Source: an uncultured archaeon (lineage in GTDB: Archaea > Asgardarchaeota > Heimdallarchaeia > Heimdallarchaeales > Kariarchaeaceae). Taken from it: a DNA stretch of 15,883 nt. The notes beneath the pieces were generated by a model. It was given only the letters and a program-made list of their open reading frames with translations. It was not told the origin of the DNA and made no database searches. The stretch spans positions 1-15,883 of the forward strand of contig CAZYCQ010000063.1 of the NCBI GenBank assembly GCA_964645535.1. Reading direction: 5' to 3'. Made by a program: the position numbers and the translations under genes. This document shows, one piece after another, positions 8,353-14,375 of the stretch (positions are counted from its first letter, which is position 1; every line of letters starts with the position of its first letter).

Positions 8353-9742
8353 ATGTTGACCAAAAGGGGTTCAAAACTATGATTAGGGCCGCTATGATTG
8401 TAGATGACAAGATAAAAAACCTCAACAGCCAATATGTTTCTATGGACGGAATTTTTGGAAGCCTATTGATCCGGTTTCCAGCCCTAAAAATAAAGAAACT
8501 TCCGACAATTCCCAACACTGCAATTCCTGTACTCCAATTTGTATTGAATGGATAAATCAGATCAATTACCGTGATTGAGGCAAAAATGAACCCAATGGTT
8601 ATCAGATAACGGATCTTTTGTCTCCTTTTTTTTTCCACCTTCATTATTTCCCGAGTAAAATTTATGAGATTGGTCTTCCTCCTCCCATTTAATTTCCATG
8701 AAAATATGGCAAGCTGAGGATCTAGACCATAATCCTTGCAAATCAACGCAATAAGTCTTAGGGGACCGGCTCTTTGCTCTCCTTCAACAAAGTCTTTAAT
8801 TGCAAAATGGAGTACAAGATCGGGATCCCAACTTTCATTGATGTTCTTCCTTATTTTTTTGAAATCATTGACGTGCTCAGCTGTTGCATCATACTTATCT
8901 TTCGAACTTCTTTGGAAACGCAGATCCTCATGGAATTCCTCTTCATAGTCTCCCAACTCGTTGAAATGATCCTTTAGGAACTCATAAGTTGATTGTTGGT
9001 CAATTGTAGGAACAAAAGAGACATCTCCCTGTGGCGTATCCGTGTTGATGATCTCTTGGAAATATGCGAGACTTGGATTAGATATTTTCCCGACAAGTAG
9101 TTTTCCAATGGAAGTGAGATACGCGAAATACTCTTCATTTGATTGAATTGGATTTTCTACAAGGAGAAAGCTTGCTTTTCCATATTCCTTCAGTTTTGAT
9201 ATCTTGTGGGTGGAAAAATCAAACATGTAAAGATCATTATTCGTTCCAAGTCCGATTATAGTATTCTCGTCTACCATTCGAATTTTCTTGAGTAATCCTC
9301 TTTTGCCAAGTTCAAAATATCCTGATCTAGAATGGAATTTTGGTGTCCATCGCGAAATATACCCATCCTCTGTCAAAATGGCTATGTCCCCAGTGTTTGA
9401 ATCTACATCACCAAACACTAACGGTTCCTCAAGTGGAATCTCCGCAATCTTTTCCATCGTTGCCACATTCAGACAGATTGCCCCGATCTTTGTAAAAGCA
9501 TAAACCTGTTCAAAATCTTGAGAAAATGCGATATTTCTGATTGGTGTTTCAATTTTGCTCAACTCACCAAATTCATCCATTTCAAAAAAACCTTCCCTGT
9601 GAATTATCTCGCGGTATTGAAGGTTTCCCACCAATAATTCTCCTTTTTTTGTTCCAAGAAAGATCAATGGGAACACGGGATGAAGTTTATATTGTATGAT
9701 CTCTTCCCCCGTTAAGCCATTCAAAGCCTCAGATGTTCCCAT
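8333..9742 (-). CDS. Hypothetical membrane protein: N-terminal WD40-like beta-propeller, helical linker, three C-terminal TM helices
   Basis: aa ~10-230 contain blade-like units of about 40 aa (LHPVFPLIFLGTKKGELLVGNL, IAFSQDFEQVYAF, IAILTEDGYISRW, IIGLGTNNDLYMFDF, FAYLTSIGKLLVGKI). Three hydrophobic helices follow KKRRQKIR. No signal peptide. Confidence 0.7.
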   Translation of the reverse strand: MGTSEALNGLTGEEIIQYKLHPVFPLIFLGTKKGELLVGNLQYREIIHREGFFEMDEFGELSKIETPIRNIAFSQDFEQVYAFTKIGAICLNVATMEKIAEIPLEEPLVFGDVDSNTGDIAILTEDGYISRWTPKFHSRSGYFELGKRGLLKKIRMVDENTIIGLGTNNDLYMFDFSTHKISKLKEYGKASFLLVENPIQSNEEYFAYLTSIGKLLVGKISNPSLAYFQEIINTDTPQGDVSFVPTIDQQSTYEFLKDHFNELGDYEEEFHEDLRFQRSSKDKYDATAEHVNDFKKIRKNINESWDPDLVLHFAIKDFVEGEQRAGPLRLIALICKDYGLDPQLAIFSWKLNGRRKTNLINFTREIMKVEKKRRQKIRYLITIGFIFASITVIDLIYPFNTNWSTGIAVLGIVGSFFIFRAGNRINRLPKIPSIETYWLLRFFILSSTIIAALIIVLNPFWSTFMDFFP

Positions 9743-9787
9743 ATCATTACAATTTGAATGGGATATAAAATTGTTACAGATTTCCCA

Positions 9788-11404
9788 TCAAATCAGTCCC
9801 ATTGCCAATCCATCTGCCCTAGGATCTGATCCTCCTTCAAGAACCCCACTTTGAGGATCTCGTCGAATGATCTGTCCTCTGCCAAAAATTGCCCGGCCTG
9901 TACCGACCATGGGTCTTATCATATGTCCCATTGCAGCAAGACCTGCCATTGTTTCTATAGCAATCCCATCTTCAAGAGCAATTATCCCGTTGGCGGTTCC
10001 ATCCATGATGCAAAATCTAGGGGCATCTAGTGCCTCTTGAGCATTCATTCCAAAATCAATCATATTCGAAATCACCTGTACATGACCTTGGGGTTGCATA
10101 AATCCTCCCATAACTCCGAAGGAAGCATATAGTTCTCCATCTTTGGTAGCCATTCCCGGAATGATGGTATGATAGGGACGTTTGTTTGGCGCTAATGCAT
10201 TAGGATGGTTCGGATCAAGACTGAAATTATGTCCTCGATTCTGAAGCGTAAATCCAGTTCCTTTGGGTATTTTTCCTGTTCCGAACCCCATGTAGTTTGA
10301 ATTGATGAACGAACAAGCATTTCCATATCTGTCTGCAACTGAAAAATAGACCGTATCTGAAGATGTAACAGGACTTCCCTTTTGCACATCTGCGGTTGCT
10401 CGTTCCATGGAAATCAGTTGTGCGCGTTCCTTTGCGTAATCCTTCGAAATCAATTCATTTATTGGGACATCAACCACTTCAGGATCTGCGACATACCATC
10501 TAGTATCTGCAAATGCCAACCTCATGGCTTCAATAAGCACATGTAAATGTTCAACCGAATTATGGGCCATCGAACTCACATCGAAATTTTCCAAAATATT
10601 CAATCCAATGAGTGCAGTTATTCCTTGACCATTGGGGGGTATTTCATAGATATCAATTCCTCTATAATTAACTGAAATTGGATCATCAAAGGTTGATCGA
10701 TGATTTTTCAAATCATCAAGTGTCATCAATCCTCCCTCCTGAGAGATTCTTTCAACAATTGCTTCTGCCACCCATCCCTCATAGAAACCATCTTTACCAT
10801 TTTCCGCCAATTCCCTAAAAGTTCTAGCCAAGTTTGGATTTCGCATGATCTCTCCTGCACGGGGGGGTCTGCCATTAAGTAAAAGTTCACCGGCATTTGG
10901 TCCCTTCAATTGGTTCATTGCTCCTCTAGCCCAGGCCAAGGAAGTTATTGGAGCCACAGGAAATCCTTGTTCTGCCAAATTAATTGCAGGTTCCAGAACT
11001 TCTTTCAATTCCATGGTTCCCCATCGTTCAACAGTGTCTACCCAACATGCTGCTGCTCCAGGAACGGTAATGGTGTGAACACTGTACGGATGAAGGTCTT
11101 CAATTCCTAATTCTCTAAGTTTTTCAATTGAAAGATTTGCAGGTGCTCGTCCACTTCCATTAATTCCCTCTACCCTTCCTTGATCCACAGAATAGTATAA
11201 AGCAAAGGCATCCCCTCCAATTCCCGTTGAAGTGGGCTCTGTCACATTTAAAGCTGCTGCCGTTGCTACAGCCGCATCTGCCGCGTTTCCTCCTTTTTCA
11301 AGAATCTTCAAGCCTGCTGCTGTCGCCAAAGGTTGGGACGAGGCAACCATTCCTCCCTTGGCATACACTTCTGACCTTCGCGAGTTAAATTTTATTGAAA
11401 CCAT
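9788..11404 (-). CDS. ggt: Gamma-glutamyltransferase family Ntn-hydrolase (cytoplasmic, YwrD/HpxW-like)
   Basis: GMVASSQPLA, GGNAADAAVA, GIGGDAF, PPNGQG, autoprocessing Thr in SSD-TVYFSV, LQNRG, KRPYHTIIP, GVMGGFMQPQG and GGSDPRADG. Start probably ATG 11404 (alternative TTG 11419). No signal peptide. Confidence 0.93.
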   Translation of the reverse strand: MVSIKFNSRRSEVYAKGGMVASSQPLATAAGLKILEKGGNAADAAVATAAALNVTEPTSTGIGGDAFALYYSVDQGRVEGINGSGRAPANLSIEKLRELGIEDLHPYSVHTITVPGAAACWVDTVERWGTMELKEVLEPAINLAEQGFPVAPITSLAWARGAMNQLKGPNAGELLLNGRPPRAGEIMRNPNLARTFRELAENGKDGFYEGWVAEAIVERISQEGGLMTLDDLKNHRSTFDDPISVNYRGIDIYEIPPNGQGITALIGLNILENFDVSSMAHNSVEHLHVLIEAMRLAFADTRWYVADPEVVDVPINELISKDYAKERAQLISMERATADVQKGSPVTSSDTVYFSVADRYGNACSFINSNYMGFGTGKIPKGTGFTLQNRGHNFSLDPNHPNALAPNKRPYHTIIPGMATKDGELYASFGVMGGFMQPQGHVQVISNMIDFGMNAQEALDAPRFCIMDGTANGIIALEDGIAIETMAGLAAMGHMIRPMVGTGRAIFGRGQIIRRDPQSGVLEGGSDPRADGLAMGLI

Positions 11405-11452
11405 GAACGAGAAAGACAACTATACAATTTGAACTTAATCGTAAGGGAGAAA

Positions 11453-12838
11453 TCAATTTGTTATGGTAGGCGTTTCCTGATATTTTTCAACATCAGGTCT
11501 TCCAATGACAAGACGATAGAATTTTACATCAGGTGCCCTTTCGATCTCAATTACATCTCCGATTCTTGCATCGATTGCTACCACCCCGGGATCATCCTCA
11601 TAAATTTTAGGTAATTGATGGAGTTTGCAGTTGTACTTCTTTAGAACTTCCCTGACTTCCTTTTTGGAGAGGATACGGTGTTCTGGAACGAGGAAATGAT
11701 TGAAAATATTGAATACCGGATGGTTTTTTCTTATTGGAATAATTCCTAATGCTCGGCATTCCCTTTCAGCAGTATAGGTGAAACGTTTGAGAGCAATCAT
11801 CATCCCTTCTTCGATACCCAAAGCCTCCATCTGCTCTTTGAATGAACGAACAGTAGCCACTCGGACTACCTCTTCATTAGGCAGAAGGATTAACATTTTC
11901 TTATCATCCGTTCCATCTTTCTTTCGTGCAATGATGTAAGTCCCAAGCTTTTCGCTTCCTGCAACCAACGTGGTATATTGGGCATCACTTTCCCTGACAA
12001 TTTCATAACCTCGGTGTTCAATAATCTCAATTGCACCTTCTGCCAGTCGTTCCATATATTCCTTCTTTTCCTCGCTTCCCTCGGTTTCTGCCTCCTCTTT
12101 TAGAGAAATGAGATTGATCCCATGTTCATTTGCCTCTTTTTTTGCAGAGGGGGTAAACTTATCTCTTCCAATTATGGCGGCTGGAACCTTTTTTGTATCA
12201 CCCAAATCCTCGACAAACTTTCGAACCTCCTTGACACCTATTGTTGCTTTATCTATTGTTCTGTAAATAATCAGTGGATCGTTTGTTGAGGAATATCCTT
12301 TGATGTCATAAATTCCTTGCTCTTCATCGATAGGAGTCACTTTAACGATTTCCGGTTCCCTTTTGTTTGCTAGCATTACTGCTTTTTTGTTTATTTCTGA
12401 CTGTTCTTCAGATATTGCGAAATCATCGTCGATTGTGATTTCTTGTTTATGCTTGGTGACCTTCTTTTTCCTTTTCTTTTTCTTTTCTTTCGTTTTAACC
12501 GACTTGAGATCCTTAACAATGTCAATTCCGCTTTCCTTCAAAATCTTCTTTCCAGCGGCTGTCGTTCCTTCTTTTGCTATTAATACCATGTCGACTCGTT
12601 GGTTTTCCTTTCTTGCTTGCATTTTCTTGACATCTTCGATGTACGCCCTTTTGTTGCCGAAAAACCAAGCAATTCCTTTCAATCGTGCATCAGGGGTGAA
12701 AACCTTAATTTCTAGGAAATCTGTTTTTTCTCCACTCCTTTCCTCATAGGATAATCTTCCTTCATCAATCCCGAAAATCGCCAAGATTTTATCCTCGTTC
12801 TCCTCGACCTGTTCTTTGAGAATGGATAGCGCGCTCAT
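11453..12838 (-). CDS. rpo5: RNA polymerase subunit Rpo5/RpoH (RPB5) with extended N-terminus of three restriction-endonuclease-fold (jaw-like) domains
   Basis: C-terminal aa ~375-445 (FNIFNHFLVPEHRILSKKEVREVLKKY..QLPKIYEDDP..IGDVIEIER..YRLVI) is the RPB5 assembly domain. aa ~256-370 resemble the eukaryotic RPB5 N-terminal domain. Two further related units lie at aa ~1-110 and ~145-247. Confidence 0.9.
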   Translation of the reverse strand: MSALSILKEQVEENEDKILAIFGIDEGRLSYEERSGEKTDFLEIKVFTPDARLKGIAWFFGNKRAYIEDVKKMQARKENQRVDMVLIAKEGTTAAGKKILKESGIDIVKDLKSVKTKEKKKKRKKKVTKHKQEITIDDDFAISEEQSEINKKAVMLANKREPEIVKVTPIDEEQGIYDIKGYSSTNDPLIIYRTIDKATIGVKEVRKFVEDLGDTKKVPAAIIGRDKFTPSAKKEANEHGINLISLKEEAETEGSEEKKEYMERLAEGAIEIIEHRGYEIVRESDAQYTTLVAGSEKLGTYIIARKKDGTDDKKMLILLPNEEVVRVATVRSFKEQMEALGIEEGMMIALKRFTYTAERECRALGIIPIRKNHPVFNIFNHFLVPEHRILSKKEVREVLKKYNCKLHQLPKIYEDDPGVVAIDARIGDVIEIERAPDVKFYRLVIGRPDVEKYQETPTITN

Positions 12839-12955
12839 ATTTTTTCCCTTCTATATCCTTTTGACCCTTTCCTCATTTAACTTATACTATGCTGACCTCG
12901 GACTGCTCCATTCAGAGAGGATTGAGTTCCGAAATGCAACCAATTTTGGAAAGCA

Positions 12956-12981
12956 TTTTATAGAAAAACGCGATTTTTCTA
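12956..12981 (+). promoter_or_regulatory. TATA-like box plus overlapping inverted repeat before the HEAT-DUF2797-mutS cluster
   Basis: ttttata at 12956-12962, about 25 nt before ATG 12985. Perfect IR tagaaaaa-cgcga-tttttcta at 12961-12981. Confidence 0.5.
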
Positions 12982-12984
12982 ATT

Positions 12985-13380
12985 ATGGTCAGTAAACTCC
13001 CTCGAGAGGAGATACAAGAGCTATTTAATGACATCAAATCTGGAAACAGTTCCGCGAAAATTCGCGCCTGTCAGCGCCTTGGTCGGATCCGACGGGATGA
13101 ATGTGTTGAACCGCTTATTTATGCTTTGAATGATGATTATTATTTGACCCGAATGGTTGCGATCCAAAGCCTTTCATGGATTGGAGACCCTCGTATGATA
13201 GAACCGATCATCAATGTTTTCACTTCAGATCCTGACCCTAGAGTTCGATTCCAAGCGGCAGAAGTACTTGCACCCTTGATTCATGACCATCCTGAAATTC
13301 GAAATGCCTTTGAAAAGGCTTTGCAGAACGGTATAGAAAGCAAAGAGATGCATGATCTAATCAAAACTGTCTTATCCTAA
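12985..13380 (+). CDS. HEAT-repeat (PBS lyase-type) protein
   Basis: 131 aa with repeats KIRACQRLGRI..VEPLIYALND, TRMVAIQSLSWIGDPRMIEPII and DPDPRVRFQAAEVL. Confidence 0.88.
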   Translation: MVSKLPREEIQELFNDIKSGNSSAKIRACQRLGRIRRDECVEPLIYALNDDYYLTRMVAIQSLSWIGDPRMIEPIINVFTSDPDPRVRFQAAEVLAPLIHDHPEIRNAFEKALQNGIESKEMHDLIKTVLS

Positions 13381-13399
13381 AAAGAAAAGCAAACCTCAG

Positions 13400-14329
13400 A
13401 TGAAATTTTTTTTGAAGCTTGTATGGTCTGGTGATCCACTTCAACCGTATATCCTCATTAGTGATGAAGAAGGTTCAATAGAAAAATCCTTGCTTGAATT
13501 TGGCTCTCCCTTCAATTTAAGAATCCTAGAAACCGGTTTTTGTATTGGAACGGAACCCGAAAAGGGAAAATGGATTTCCTGCATTGAAAACAAAAAACGA
13601 GTGGGACAAGATGCGCAATTACCAAATCTAGCAATTCAAGGAAAACAATGTGCTCTCTGCATAAAAGAAGAATACTTTGCTTGCAGAAAGACCTGTACTG
13701 GGAAATATTGTACCCCCTCTTCTCAAATGGCTTACAATCTTTGTCAACCAGCAGAAACCGCAGTCTATCTCACTCGAATAGGGTCAAAAAATAAAGTCGG
13801 TGTCTCCCTCAATCCCCTTAGGAGATGGGTCGAACAAGGCAGTGATTTTGCAACTTGGATTGTCAAGCTTCCTGGACTCGAAGCACGAGCTGTAGAACAA
13901 GAAGTTGCTAAATCTTTTTCTTTCAATTTGCAAATAGGTTCAAAACAAAAAATGTCTGAGGCACACACAAAACCAACCCCTGATTCAATTGAAGAGCTGA
14001 ACCAAGCAATTTATGCAATTCAGCAGATTGCAGAGGAAATTGCAGGTCAAAGAAACAAACCCCTCCAAAAAAACCAAGATGCCGATTTCATCGATTTGCA
14101 TAATTATTACGGAGATTTAAAACGAATCAATCGTCCATTGCAAGAAATCGACATCAAGGAAGGGGTTGAATTTGGAGGAACTTTGGTTGCAGTAAAAGGG
14201 GCGATCATCATTCTCGAAAAGGACAGCTATTATTATGGTGTAAATGCCAAAAAATTAAGTGGATGTTCATTTGAATTCATCACAAATGCAAAAATGGAAA
14301 CACAGTTATCTTTGGATGATTGGTTTTGA
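13400..14329 (+). CDS. DUF2797-family protein (Cys-rich, GIY-YIG-like core, C-terminal PIP box)
   Basis: FCIG..C..QCALC..C..C..C..C cluster, VYL..KVGVS..RRWVEQG, ARAVEQEV, GTLVAVKGAIIIL, and C-terminal QLSLDDWF. Confidence 0.82.
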   Translation: MKFFLKLVWSGDPLQPYILISDEEGSIEKSLLEFGSPFNLRILETGFCIGTEPEKGKWISCIENKKRVGQDAQLPNLAIQGKQCALCIKEEYFACRKTCTGKYCTPSSQMAYNLCQPAETAVYLTRIGSKNKVGVSLNPLRRWVEQGSDFATWIVKLPGLEARAVEQEVAKSFSFNLQIGSKQKMSEAHTKPTPDSIEELNQAIYAIQQIAEEIAGQRNKPLQKNQDADFIDLHNYYGDLKRINRPLQEIDIKEGVEFGGTLVAVKGAIIILEKDSYYYGVNAKKLSGCSFEFITNAKMETQLSLDDWF

Positions 14330-14375
14330 GAAAATACAAAGCTCTTTTAATGGTTCTTAAGTACCTGAACATGGA

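Noticed and set aside
11729-12838. Mrr-like restriction endonuclease / defence gene
   Set aside because: The fold pattern is Mrr-like, but no unit has an intact PD-(D/E)xK or QxK motif, the protein is fused to an Rpo5 assembly domain, and no methylase or defence genes are nearby.
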